From positions 62,001 to 126,000 of the forward strand of contig VJWM01000260.1 in NCBI GenBank assembly GCA_010909165.1: a stretch of 64,000 nucleotides of DNA. The letters run 5' to 3'. The notes below the pieces were generated by a model. It worked only from the letters and a program-made list of their open reading frames with translations. It searched no databases and was not told where the DNA came from. Each line of letters starts with the position of its first letter. The stretch's first letter is position 1. Both the position numbers and the translations under genes were made by a program. The DNA comes from Anthoceros angustus. Taxonomy: Eukaryota; Plantae; Anthocerotophyta. Below, one piece after another: positions 1 through 12,397 of the stretch.

Positions 1-3000
1 ATGGTATCTTGGGTTTGTTGAAGTCCGTAAAGAGGGCTCCCATATGAAGAGAAAATACCATAACGTTGAGACCAAAGCGAAGTTGATGGTCATAACTCTT
101 GCATCCTACAAGTAATGAACACTTGTGGGATTCTGACCTTCATTCTTCATCGAATTGTGTCTGCCTTCCCCCTCCAGCGCACGGCCACCAATCTTGCTTA
201 GTGTTGACTCCAGAATCCTTTCAACTACCACGGGTTTCATATTGCCCTAAGCGTGATGTAATATTTGTTGGCTCACGTTCTTCCCAATGTGCATGGTATC
301 AATAAATGCCTAATTCATGATAAGACAATATAATATGACAAAAACTATAATAGCGATAAATTAATAATGTATATACTAACAAAAAGAGTTTAAGCAAATA
401 GTTTTAAACAAAACAAAGGACATGTACCTACCTCCCAATACATAAGATGAGAATATTGTTATGATTTTGGTTGCCTGATGGAAATTGTAACTAATCAAGG
501 CGAATTCAAGAACAACATGATGAGAGGTTTCACAGAGGCATATTCCATCAAGCATAGAATGGCCACTGTAAACCCAATCTCAAAGGGCGGTAGAAAGTAC
601 AAACAAAGCGTTGTGGTATGAATGTAATGACAGCTCATGTAGTTAAGGGTGTAGATCACGGAGTCCCATAGGAAGTGGTTGGAACGTTTTGGTGGCATGA
701 CATGTGTCCATACACCCGCTGTATGGGTGGCGCACGATACACAGCCCGGAGCTTTGGAGCACGACAAACCATCAGAGCCTCAATTGCGTGATAGTATGTT
801 TAGACGATTCTATAGGCGGTTTTACGGTATCTGACGTGCCCAAGTGCTGCCACACCTCGCACGATTGGTGGCAGCAACTTCGGCAGGGGGGCCATTTTGG
901 TGTTTACCATCCACTTTTTGCTTAGCATAGGACATTGTCGTTATGCTGTGTTCAGGGAAGAGTGTGTGAGGGTGAGGTTTAGAGATGAACCCGATCGATT
1001 GCCATGCCGACCATGCGACCATGGCGCGCCATGTCGGCGGTCTTGATACATCTGATGTCACAGCAAGTACACCGGATGATTGTGGCGTATGCTCATATGC
1101 ATGGGCATAGGGGTGATGGGCATGCGACCACACCCGCCATGAGCAGGCATACAGTAAGTTTGAGGCCGGGTGATCACGCGGGATTATAGTTTCACTTGAG
1201 ATCACCGATGGCGTCATGCGCCCCAAGTTGCCCGTGGCGGTGTCTGGCGCCGGCGAAAGGGATAAAGGCGCAATCCGAGAAGAGACGGATTGCGATGTTC
1301 ATGATAGCAGACGTATGCCCAGGCGGTGAATGTAGGGCTTTGGGAGTGAGAAGGGATAGCGGTGAGGATGTTTGGAAGGCGATCGCGCGGATGTATGCTG
1401 TGAGTCTCGTCGAATGAGTTTTGCCATTTTGATGTTTACCATCCACTTTTTGCTTAGCATAGGACATTGTCGTTATGCTGTGTTCAGGGAAGAGTGTGTG
1501 AGGGTAAATTGAGGTTTAGAGATGAACCCGATCAGTGCCATGCCGACCATGCAGCCATGGCGCGACACATCCTCACGCTTGATTTGAACAAAGAAAGCTT
1601 CAGATGGTATCTTGGAGTTTGTTGAAGTCCGCTAAAGAGGGCTCCCATATGAAGAGAAAATACCATAACGTTGAGACCAAACTGAAGTTGATGGTCATAA
1701 CTCTTGCATCCTACAAGTAATGAACACTTGTAGGATTACAGCCTTTCTGTTCTTCATCAGAATTGTGGTCTCTGCCTTCCCCCCTCCTAGCGCACGGCCA
1801 CCAATCTTGCTTAGTATTTGACTCCACCGAATCCTTTCAACTACCACGGGTTTCATATTGCCCACAAACGTGATGTAATATTTGTTGGCTCACGTTCTTC
1901 CCAATGTGCATGGTATCCAATAAATGCCTAATTCATGATAAGACAATATAATATGACAAAAACTATAATAGCAGTAAATTAATAATGTATATACTAACAA
2001 AAAGAGTTTAAGCAAATAGTTTTAAACAAAACAAAGGACATGTACCTACCTCCCAATACATAAGATGAGAATATTGTTACTTGATTTTGGTTGCCTGATG
2101 GAAATTGTAACTAATCAAGGAGAATTCAAGAACAACATGATGAGAGGTTTCACAGGCATATTCCATCAAGCATAGAATGGCCACTTTGTCGACCCAATCT
2201 CAAAGGGCGGTAGAAAGTACAAACAAGGCGGTATGGTGTTGTACAAAGATGTGTGAGCATGAGCCCCAAAGGTGACATTCTCACCTACAGTGCCATGCGA
2301 CCATGCGACCATGGCGCCGGCAATTTGTCATGTGGTGGTCGATACATCGATGTCTGTAAGTACATGCGGATGATTGTGAGCGTATGCTCATATGCATGGG
2401 CATAGGGGTGATGGGCATGCATGGACCCACACCCGCCATGAGCAGGCATAAGTTTGAGGAGCCGGGCCGTGATCAGCGGGATTATAGTTCACTTGAGATC
2501 ACCGATGGCGTCATGCGCCTAAGCAAGTTGCCCGTGGCGGTGTACGCCGGCGAGGGATAAAGGGGCAATCCGAGAAGAGACGGATTCGATGTTTGTTGAG
2601 CAGAGATCGGATTCCCATGTAGGCGGTGAATGTAGGGCTTTGGGAGTGAGAAGGATAGCGGTGAGGATGTTTGGAAGGCGTCGCGGATGTATCTTGTGAG
2701 TCTCGAATGAGTTTTGCCATTTTGATGTTTACCATCCACTTTTTGCTTAGCATAGGACATTGTCGTTATGCTGTGTTCAGGGAAGAGTGTGTGAGGGTAA
2801 ATTGAGGTTTAGAGATGAACCCGATCAGTGCCATGCCGACCATGCAGCCATGGCGCGACACATCCTCACGCTTGATTTGAACAAAGAAAGCTTCAGATGG
2901 TATCTTGGAGTTTGTTGAAGTCCGCTAAAGAGGGCTCCCATATGAAGAGAAAATACCATAACGTTGAGACCAAACTGAAGTTGATGGTCATAACTCTTGC

Positions 3001-3560
3001 ATCCTACAAGTAATGAACACTTGTAGGATTACCTTCTTCCATCGATTGTGGTCTCTGCCTTCCCCCCTCCTAGCGCACGGCCACCAATCTTGCTTAGTAT
3101 TTTGACTCCACGAATCCTTTCAACTACCACGGGTTTCATATTGCCCACAAACGTGATGTAATATTTGTTGGCTCACGTTCTTCCCAATGTGCATGGTATC
3201 CAATAAATGCCTAATTCATGATAAGACAATATAATATGACAAAAACTATAATAGCAGTAAATTAATAATGTATATACTAACAAAAAGAGTTTAAGCAAAT
3301 AGTTTTAAACAAAACAAAGGACATGTACCTACCTCCCAATACATAAGATGAGAATATTGTTAACAGTTTTGGTTGCCCAGTGGAAATTGTAACTAATCAA
3401 GGCAGGGAATTCAAGAACAACATGATGAGAGGTTTCACAGAGGCATATTCCATCAAGCATAGAATGGCCACTTTGTACGACCCAATCTCAAAGGGCCAGG
3501 TAGAAAGTACAAACAAGGCAGCTGTCATGGTGTTGTACAAAGATGTGTGAGCATGAGCCC
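1..3560. repeat. Mosaic tandem duplication of TE-derived sequence (about 2.5 copies, period ~1.3-1.6 kb)
   Basis: The block atggtatcttgg(a)gtttgttgaagtccg recurs at ~1, ~1606 and ~2897. The block tttaccatccactttttgcttagcatagg recurs at ~903, ~1435 and ~2728. Copies differ mostly by small indels. Confidence 0.9.
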
Positions 3561-4010
3561 CAAAGGTGACATTCTCACCTACCTGGTGCACTGTGCGCTA
3601 TCCGAACACAAACGAAAGCTATCATGGGACTGTCTCCCTTTCACTTTATGCACAGTGCAGCTTTTGCAAGGGTGCGCTCACAGGTGGAAGCCGCAACATC
3701 CGAGTTGAGTATTACAAGTGGGATCATAGTCATGGAACTGGAGCCAGAGGACAGGCACTACTATTGAACGAGTTGGAGGAGACTAGAAGAATTGCTTTCG
3801 CATGGATGAGAAAGATAAGTTGAAGAGGAAGGAGTACTTTAATGAAGGGAGGGGGTTATCAACTTTGAAGCCAAAAGATTAGGTTCTTAAACTCAACGTG
3901 AGGCGATATATGAAGTGAGGGGAGGGTACAAGTAAAGCCAAGGTTGGATGGGTCTTATATGCGAAAAGAGGTATTTTCGAAAGGTGCTGCTAAGATCGTG
4001 CAACCTCCAA
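3368..4010 (+). pseudogene. Ty3/gypsy integrase remnant (core and C-terminal part)
   Basis: My translation from 3368: FGCPVEIVTNQGREFKNNMMRGFTEAYSIKHRMATLYDPISKGQVESTNKAAVMVLYKDV*, matching the rve core pattern (TDxGxEF...HPQSNGQVE). Followed by LNELEETRRIAF and degenerate KPRWMGxY-like pieces with stops. Partial copies at ~470-600 and ~2090-2235. Confidence 0.8.
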
Positions 4011-4023
4011 ACTTCGAGGCATA

Positions 4024-5000
4024 TGTCATGCCGTGTGATACTAATCTCTGCACTTGGGTTTAATGTTTGATTAGTATTAATTAATCTAATTACTTATCTT
4101 TAAGTAAGTAATTGGTGTTAATTAATCTAAGATGCTTATGTTAATTAAGCATTGATTAGTGTTAATTAATCTAATTACTTATCTTTAAGTAAGTAATTAG
4201 TGTTAATTATAATCTAATGTGCTTATGTTAATTAAGCATTGATTAGTGTTAATTAAACATGGTTAGCAATAGCTAAGTGGATAAGCTCAAGTAATATGCT
4301 TTGGCATATTACTTGCATATTATAGTGTATTCTTAGGATACAATAGCTAAGTGGATAAGCTCAAGCAATATGCTTTGGTATATTCCTTGCATATTATAGT
4401 GTATTCTTGGGATATTTCGGCATATCACGATGCCAATAGGATATCTTAGGAATATGCATGCCAGGGTCTAGTATATATAGACCCTTCCATTGAGGACAAG
4501 CTCAGATCATAGCTTGTCCTCTAGATATGCAATGCAAGGGTGTTGTGAGGAGGCCAAAGCTAAGACTTCGAGAGCGATGTGTGAGGAATTTGCGTGTTGT
4601 TCTCGTGGGGAGAGTGTGTTTGTATCACGATGTGCGAGCTACTCCCTCCTGTTGCTATTGGTTTGCACCTATATATCTACGTATTAGATTTGTTTGCTTG
4701 GTTGTTGGTCGAGGAAGTGCTTACCTCGTGCGACACATATGAAGAAGTGTGGAAAACCTGCACTATCTCAAAAGGTTCTTTGCCTGATGTAACTACGTGA
4801 ATGCTTGTGTGCTCCCATGCTGGCAAGCAAGGCATCTGACTTGTATGAAGTATTTCGAGAAAGCCAGGCCAGGTGCTGGTATAGCAATCTACACATAATA
4901 CAAGGTCAAGTCGCGATGTAAGTGGTTCGATAAGATTAAACAATAAGAGACGATGAGTAGGTGTTGTGATTTCATGATAAGTGTCAGCCCTATTATAAGA
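4024..5000 (+). mobile_element. Probable LTR of the gypsy remnant (AT-rich internal repeats, TATA-like motif)
   Basis: Begins TGTCATG just after the integrase remnant. Contains duplicated AT-rich blocks (4070-4260, 4270-4410) and TATATATA at ~4472. No partner LTR or PBS found, so the boundaries are uncertain. Confidence 0.35.
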
Positions 5001-5439
5001 ACCTACTAGTCGTTGAAGTTAGAGTGCTCTTCTTTTATCTACTAAAGAGGAGGAGGCTACTGAGCTTGCGTGTTCCTGGAGATGGCTTCGTTGGCGATTT
5101 GAGTGCCGTACGACACTCAATTGCTTTATAGGCCAAGGACTAGAAGGAAGGTGGTGCTATGGGTAAGCTTCTGTGAAGGGCACCACAGAGCTAGAAGTCG
5201 TTTTAAGATTTTGAACTTCACATGCGACCTTTGTCTCAACTAGCACGAACCGGAGTAGTTTTTGGGTGAAATGTATCCCGCCACTCCTGCACACATCTGG
5301 CTGCATCAAGAGACTATTGGAGTCGAGGCACTGGGATTGGTGGCGGGTGCACAGTGTTTTGAGAGATGGCCTATACGTATAGGCCATCGTATAGGCCAAC
5401 TCATCGGTGAGCTCCAAGTGCTTCTAGCGATGTTGAGGA

Positions 5440-5600
5440 TTTCTAGGAGAAATAGAGAGCTGGGGAATTATCTTGAATTGATACGGCTCTTAGTTCTGTT
5501 GCTACGGAAGGATCTGATTTTTTGGAGATGGACTAATGAGTGTGAGATAGCCTGGGAAATATTGAAGAAGGCAGGCAGTAGCGCAAGAGGAATTGTGACG
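5440..5600 (+). pseudogene. Possible gypsy RT/RNase H connection-domain remnant
   Basis: LRKDLIFWRWTNECEIAWEILK in ORF 5262-5633 resembles the LLKKDxxFxWTxECQxAFxxLK pattern. No other pol motifs nearby. Confidence 0.35.
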
Positions 5601-7320
5601 AGCTACTCGCAACTTGTACACCTGCACTGGTGAGCAAGAAGAAGCAACTTGCGCAGCATGGTCCAAGTGCTAGAATCAAGCGCAGTTTGGTTGTGGAGTT
5701 TGGACAAGGTGAGAAGGATGATGATGAAGTCGAACCCGCCAAGTTCTTTGCGAGGTTGCTTAAGGGGGTGGTTAGGAAATGGAGTGGTGCACCCAACGGT
5801 GGCACCACCGAGATTGAAGAAACTATAGAGCAGTCACAGGCCAAGCCCGAGATACTAATTGAGTAGTGGTGATGCAATCTGACTGTGTATGATATGTTTG
5901 TAATATGTGTGTGTGACTCAGGGTTGCAAGAGGAAGAGCCCTGTCCTGAATTTATGATCGGGGGGTAAAAGTGATACCGCTCGGACGCACTGCGATGTGC
6001 CAGCGGTGTGGACACGGGCGTAAATGAGCCAAGATTCTGCCCTCATACTTGGTTTCAAGCACTTGCTGATTATAGGCGAAGAGCATAGGAATAGGAGGCG
6101 ATAGGGATTGCCATTTGAATTGGTGTGAATGACATCGCCCTCATCTATATGTGAGTGATGGCCCCTGGAGGCAAGACGGATATATAAATGTATTGTGCTG
6201 TTGAGCCCAAGCTATGCAGAAAGCCGATTGTGGTCTCATCTCTTCATTACTAGGCGTCTCTTATGTATCTTGAGCTGGCTGAAGAGTCATTCCTCATGCA
6301 TACGTACAATTAGTATCCCATGTTGTTTCATCATCTTGAAGTGTTGCTGCGTGAACGGAAGGAGTTCCGTTGTGATTACATTGTGCCTCCCTAAATGCAT
6401 TTTTCAGTCTGGGAGTATGCAAGGCTCATTGCTGGAGGATTGGGTATCACGCTTCAAGTCTGCTTCTCCCTAGTTAGTGTATGGTCACAAGCCTGTACAG
6501 TCAAGTCTTATAGAGGTTAGGGATGTCCATGTAGAGTCCCTGTGAGAAAGCGGGAAAAGTATATTTTGCATTTCATTGTTACCTGCTAACCAGCCCTATC
6601 AGGGGTCTGTGTCTACTTGTCTACTTGTGTGTATGATAACCTAGGAGCAAGATGTCCCCTAAAGCCGTACAAACATCCAACACACCCTCGCAATATTAAT
6701 TATCTAGACTAAGATATAACTGAGTAGTGTTCTAACTAGGGCCGATGGAAATACTGTCCCGACCAGATATTATGTTGTCATCGCGCAGTGCTACATGCCG
6801 GGATTGTTTTCCTTGCCTTGTTCGATCGTTCCATCGTCACGAGACGTCGTCGCCTAATATGTACCTTTTCAGTGATTCTCCGGCACTCCAAGGCCTTGCC
6901 ACTCCTCCACAAAAGGAGAAGGATTCGGAAGAACCTGAATTTTTTACCCTTTGTAATTACCAAATCATGGTTTTGGTGAACATTGAAATCATTTTCTTCA
7001 CAAGGAGGCCTGGACAGCAGACTAACATATATGACCGGGGGACGTAAAAGCAAATGTGTAGGGAGCCCTTGTCATCCTTGGTCCTTATCAGAAAGGTTGG
7101 CGGAGCAGGGGTTACAAAATGAAGTTTTCTCACGGACCATATAGGAGAAAGCCATAAATCTGGGAAATCATTTCACTTCAACGAAACAAATTTCACCTAC
7201 ATATTTGGAGAAGCTTACTGGTAAAAACCTCCTGGGGATTAATGATCCCCCTGCTCTTTCTTGTCCTGGTGGCAACACGATTATGGAGTTATTTCGAGGC
7301 GGCGGAACCATGCTAGATTG

Positions 7321-7650
7321 TATTGAACTTAATTTTTACGTCTTGGTAATGACATTGTTCCACCACTTGTGGCTGCAAAGGAGTTTCTCAATAGGCTAGA
7401 GGACGATGTGGTCGTTCCTTGAGCCTTCTGGCTTGGAAAGGATCCTGGTAGCGAGCGCATCTTGATTAAGACTTTTCACTCTTTGGATGATCGCCTCCAG
7501 GTTATGAAGGCTAGGTCTATGTTACGGACAACTCAGTTATATATCAATGAGGATCTTACACCATTGCAATGGAAGACTAAGAAGGAGAAGTTACCCGCTT
7601 TCAGAGCTGCTCGTGCTGCAGGTTAAGTGGCTTTCTTTCGTGGGGATGAG
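7321..7650 (+). pseudogene. Decayed LINE ORF1-like fragment
   Basis: Frame from 7381: EFLNRLEDDVVVP*AFWLGKDPGSERILIKTFHSLDDRLQVMKARSMLRTTQLYINEDLTPLQWKTKKEKLPAFRAARAAG*VAFFRG. This fits the RLGK..RPILVKF / IxINEDLT / AR..GK.AxF pattern of LINE ORF1 C-termini. Two in-frame stops. Confidence 0.6.
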
Positions 7651-10600
7651 GGTGTTTAGCCCTGATTCGCGCAGTTTCATTGACACTTTTGATTGATTGA
7701 AGATTATTTGGCTTATTTAAATTTTAGCTTTACATTCGTCCAGGTCATTTTACCACAATCTATATAATTATCATATTTCGTTAGTGGACTTAAATAAAAT
7801 TATTATTCTTCTTTGTGGCGAAGCCATGACCGGCGGTGGCTCCGTGGCAACTAACGCCCGGTCTTTCGTAAAAGTCGCCCTAACAACGAAAGAGTGATAG
7901 AATGCATACCTTTTTTGTTGTTGTTGTCGAGGCTGTCGTGTTACAAGCTGCTGGTCTTCGAGCGGCGGAGGAGTAGGCTCGCGTACCTGCAGGTCGTTGG
8001 ACCCAGAGCGCGACGCCGGCAGATCGATTCTCATTTTCAACACAGTGGAGTTCCCTCACCCTGAAAGCGAGGGTTTGAGGTTGGCGCTGTTCCGTACCGA
8101 TCGATGGAATTCCGTCATCTCCAAATTGCTGTGCAGCAGCGAGCCTTTGAGGAAAACCGGGGGAACAGGATGGAACACACGGACCTTGTGGCGTGGGAAG
8201 TAATGTCGCACCAGGCTCTTCCTACGCGTTGCGCAGGCTGAGTTACATCCACGCGCGCTTTAAGCGCGAGAACGGGGATCACGTCTACACTCTACACCCT
8301 GTCCTTGTTTGTCACCACTCCCCTGCAATGCCTCACCGCTCCGCCGTGCCGTAGCCTCAGGCCTGGGCCATGTGAGGCGTCGGCTAGATTGTCCGTATGT
8401 TGTGTTGGTAGCGAGAGTCGCATCCCCTCCCATCGCACCGCACCGCACCGCAGCGCCGTGCAGTGTTGTTACCAGTGCCTTCAAACCCTTACAGCCATAG
8501 ACGTGGTGGAAAGGATGAGTGAGCGTGTACGCGGCCATGTGCAGAGAAGGATTCCGCAGGCCGACAGAAGCGGAGAAGATGCCGAGCTAGTCTACATGGT
8601 GTGGCATGACGTGGGAGTGCGCATGCGCATGGCCATAGGGTTTGTCCCCGGAGCAGCCCCGTCGGCTGCAGGCGCTGGCTGCAGGGATTGGTGGCGGGGA
8701 AGTGCGTGGGGTGGCTGCTGCCGCTGCCGCTGCCGCTGCCGCCGCGCCCGGTGCCCGCTGCGATGGGACATCGCCAACCGGATCGGGACAGACGCGGAGG
8801 CGGGGGAGGAGGAGGTGCGAAAGGCGAAGTGTTCCAGTTGGACGGCGCGGCGGTGGCGGTGTCCCTGTCTGTGCAGGGACGGGTCTACGGGCGCAGGCCT
8901 ACAGGGTGCGCGGGCGAGCTGGGCCCTCGGATCGTGGCGCTATCGGGGACGGGGAAGCGGCCCTCCGCTGCCGTGTCCCCTTTCCCTGGCTCGAGGTGAC
9001 AGATTCCGTGCTCCAACTGCCGTGCCTGCAGGTTCAACTGGTTTTGGCGACATTCCAAGTGCGGTTCAACACACAAGGCTCGACCAGCGGGCTGCGGGCG
9101 CCGGGACAGGCTTTGCACGCGCCACTGCGCGCTTTTGTGCTTCGGAGCCGAATCCTGTAAGGCATATATGCCTTTTTAGCGATTCGGGAATTTCAATGCC
9201 CGCAGCAGCTGCTTTCCGCTTCCCCGATGTGGCAACGGGGGCCGGGGCTTCCCGCGCCGGGACTCCGGGACCCCGGGACCCCGGGACCCCGGGAAAACGA
9301 AACATGCAAAAGAGGGAAGAGTGAGTTCAACCATCAACGGCATGCCGAGTGGGGCAACACGAAAATCATTGCCTGCGCTTACTTTACTGCCGTCATCAAA
9401 TCAAACGCTTCCTCTCACTCCGTGTTCTCCCGTTTCCCTTCTCCGTAGCACGCACTCTGCCATTGCCATTTGCCAGCACTTTACTCCCCTTTCTTCTTCC
9501 TTCCTTCTCTCATCGAGCACACTCTCCCGCACATTTACGCTAAGCAGCAGCACAGTGGCCACCACCAGCAGCCTGCTGCTCCTGCTCTGCTCTGCTCTCT
9601 GGTCCGCCTGCCGCTGCTGCCGCCGCCGTAACGGCTGGGCCACGCCAGGCCAGACCCCGCCTGCCCCCCTTCCAGCCCGGGCTGGGCTGGGCCCTGCGCC
9701 CCGCCCAACGGCTCCGCGGGATTATTACACTCCAGGCCCCAAGACTAAGCAGCGGGGTTAGCGCGCGCAGCCGCGAGCTTAGCCACAAACTCTGCTCGCA
9801 TCGCCACGCCACGCCACGCCGCGCCTCTCCTCGCCTCGCCTCTGCTCGGTTGGAACTGGGCCTGGGCCTGGCCTGGCTATGGCTCCTGCGGCTCATGGCT
9901 CCCGGCACCGCTTCCCTTTCCCGCCTCTGCGTCTGCGTCTGCGTCTGCGCCTGCCCCTTCCGCGCCCCCGGCAGCGTCAGGTATTGTCATTCAACCGGAA
10001 TTGTGCGTCCCGCCCCCTCCCGGCTGCTGCCTGTTTCTTTTCCCCATCCGCTTGCTGCCAATTTGGCGTGGCCTAATCCCGGGGCCGCCTGCTCCCCTGG
10101 CTCTGCGCCACTGCGGGCCGGCCAAGAAGTGGCTCTTGCTACCGCGCAATTCTCTGGCTCGTGCTTTCTCTGCTGCCGGAGCCGGAGCCTGCATCCCGCC
10201 GTCTTTTTCTTGCAATGCCGGCTGCTGTTGAAATTGGCAGCCGCTGTACTGCTCTCCCTGCCGCGGAAGCTGGGACCCGGCTCGGAGGCGGAGTCGCTCC
10301 GGAGACTCGCCCTCGCCCTCGCCCTTCTCCCGCTCGCCCCGCATTCGGTCGTCCGGGGTTTAGGGCTCTGCCAAGATTCTTCAGCTTTTCCGTTTTTTCG
10401 CAATTGCGCAGGTTGTGGCGAAGGCAGTGGTGGGACAGTGACGAGGAGCGCTGGTGTTGAAAACGGGGCACTTGGCACCGCTCTCTCCAAGGCCAGCCGC
10501 AAGGTAACTAACGCCTTCGCAAACAACATTCTTGTCATTCCACCTGTGCCGTGCCTGTGCACTGTAGCAATTTTCACCGCAGTCTCGGTTTTTTTGGCTT

Positions 10601-10876
10601 CCGTTTCTCAGGAATGTCCCTACTGGCAGTTGCCAAGGTTCCAGCAGCAACGCACGGCAAATGGGTCAATCTGAGGTGCTCCCAGAAACCCAGAGTAGAG
10701 GCGTACTGGAATCTGTTCTACCTCAAGAAACGTACAAAGGACTTGGTCACTGCTGTCTAGCTCCACCATCTCTTGCCTACTAACGTCTGCTGCTGTTTCT
10801 CAACCCCCCCTTGTCGCACCAGCTCTCCTCCTGGCTTCCGAGGATGTAGACGCTTGGCCCGCCCTGCCACTTCTAA

Positions 10877-12397
10877 ATGGGGGATAGGATTCCTGGCTCT
10901 CTTCCAGGGGAAAACAGCCCTCGCTACAAGGGGCTTGCAGGATCATCTTCAAAGTTGAACCCCACTCTGCCAGGGAGCTTCGCTGCAGCAGCAGCAGACG
11001 GTCACGCTATTCTTGATTACTACCCCGGCTTGGTCAAAGTGAATCGCAACACCAATTTCGGGGAGGAGGAGGAGGAGGAGGCTGGTGATGACGAACATTC
11101 TGAAGCTGTGCCTGATGCTCACCAGGTGGCAATCGAGCTGGACAGGGCAGCTGCACTGCTGAGAAAGCCGGATACTGCTGACATCCCCATGCGTGATGGC
11201 ATGGGCGACGCAAGAATTAGAGTGGTGGGAGCTGGGGAAGGTGGTAGCCAGCCCGTCGAGGCTGCTCCAGCTGACGGGGATGATATTGACAGAGATGAGT
11301 TTGCTGTGACTGTGGCCGACCCAGGTCCTGGGAAGGCCGAGGAGAGGGTTTACCGCCAGGGAGTTTGGTCCTTGAATGAGAGCATCATATTGCTTGATGC
11401 CAAGAAGAGGGAGCGGGAAATCCTGTCCGGCTCCAAGAGGAATAGCATTTCTGCTGATGAGAAGTGGAAGGCGGTGGCAGAGTTTTGCTGGAGCCATGGA
11501 GTTCACCGCTCCAAGGAGCAGTGTCGCTTCAAGTGGGAGAACACCATGCCAGACTTCAAGAAGGTGAGGGACTACGAGTATGAGAAGGCAGAATCTGACA
11601 AGTCTTACTTTGAGATGGAGAACTGGCAAAGGAAAGAGAAGCATCTGCCACCTAACCTCAGCAAGGAGCTGTACACCATCATGGATTCCTTCCAAGCCGG
11701 GGGAACCACGAGGAGAGTGCTGGGTAGTGCCAAAAGGGAGGTGCGTGAAAGGATGGCGTCAAGGTTAGGAATATCTTCTCAGGTATCTGTGCCTGAAGGA
11801 GACAATCAAGAGGCTGGTGCGGGCGACGCCTTGGTAGAGGGGGAACGAGACAAGGCAGGGGAAGCAAAGCAGGCGGATGAGAAATCAAGAGATGCAGAGA
11901 CCAGGGGAGGGGGTAGGCGCAAGAGGAGAAGGGTAGTGGATAGCAAGGCAGAAGAATTAGCTAAGGTTGAGTCTCAGGCACTGCAGGCCCCACCAGCAGC
12001 AGAGGGGGTGAGGGAAGTAGAGGGCATGCCAGCTGCAGCTAGGGTGAGTGACGAGGTTGCAGGTGCCGTAGCTGCCGTGGAGCTGCTATTGAGAGTAGAC
12101 GGCAGCACACTTAACTATGGGCAATCGGAGGCAGCAAGGGAGCATGTCGACAGCAACATCAGGCTGCAGGGTGGTGGAGGCCTAGGGGAAGCAGGTGGTG
12201 ATGACAAGAATGCTGCCCTGCCTAGCAAACAGGCTCCGTCAGCAGAAGACAGGAAGGATGCTCGTCATCGGGAGTTGGTGGCCTTGGAGAGGGAGAAATT
12301 GGTGGCGAACAAGGAAGCCATGGGCTTGGTGGCCTCCGCTCTGAACAACGTTGCCACCGCCTTTGTAAGGATGGCTGAATTGCTTCAGCAACGATAG
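10877..12397 (+). CDS. Trihelix transcription factor, SH4/ASR3-like clade (Myb/SANT-like domain), intronless CDS, 506 aa
   Basis: WSLNESIILLDAKKRE...KWKAVAEFCWSHGVHRSKEQCRFKWENTMPDFKKVRDYE...SYFEMENWQRKEKHLPPNLSKELYTIMD matches the ASR3/SH4-type trihelix and its SYWxMxxxxRxExxLP extension. C-terminal amphipathic/coiled-coil segment (RHRELVALEREKLV...MAELLQQR). Confidence 0.9.
   Translation: MGDRIPGSLPGENSPRYKGLAGSSSKLNPTLPGSFAAAAADGHAILDYYPGLVKVNRNTNFGEEEEEEAGDDEHSEAVPDAHQVAIELDRAAALLRKPDTADIPMRDGMGDARIRVVGAGEGGSQPVEAAPADGDDIDRDEFAVTVADPGPGKAEERVYRQGVWSLNESIILLDAKKREREILSGSKRNSISADEKWKAVAEFCWSHGVHRSKEQCRFKWENTMPDFKKVRDYEYEKAESDKSYFEMENWQRKEKHLPPNLSKELYTIMDSFQAGGTTRRVLGSAKREVRERMASRLGISSQVSVPEGDNQEAGAGDALVEGERDKAGEAKQADEKSRDAETRGGGRRKRRRVVDSKAEELAKVESQALQAPPAAEGVREVEGMPAAARVSDEVAGAVAAVELLLRVDGSTLNYGQSEAAREHVDSNIRLQGGGGLGEAGGDDKNAALPSKQAPSAEDRKDARHRELVALEREKLVANKEAMGLVASALNNVATAFVRMAELLQQR

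Noticed and set aside
8400-9900. Conserved miRNA precursor (partial resemblance to miR408 and miR156 seeds)
   Set aside because: No near-complete match to a conserved mature miRNA and no convincing hairpin seen by eye.
8305-10674. Long ORFs 8305-9324, 9850-10674 and 9987-10577
   Set aside because: GC-rich, low-complexity, stop-poor sequence with non-ATG starts or microsatellite-encoded peptides; no domain recognised.
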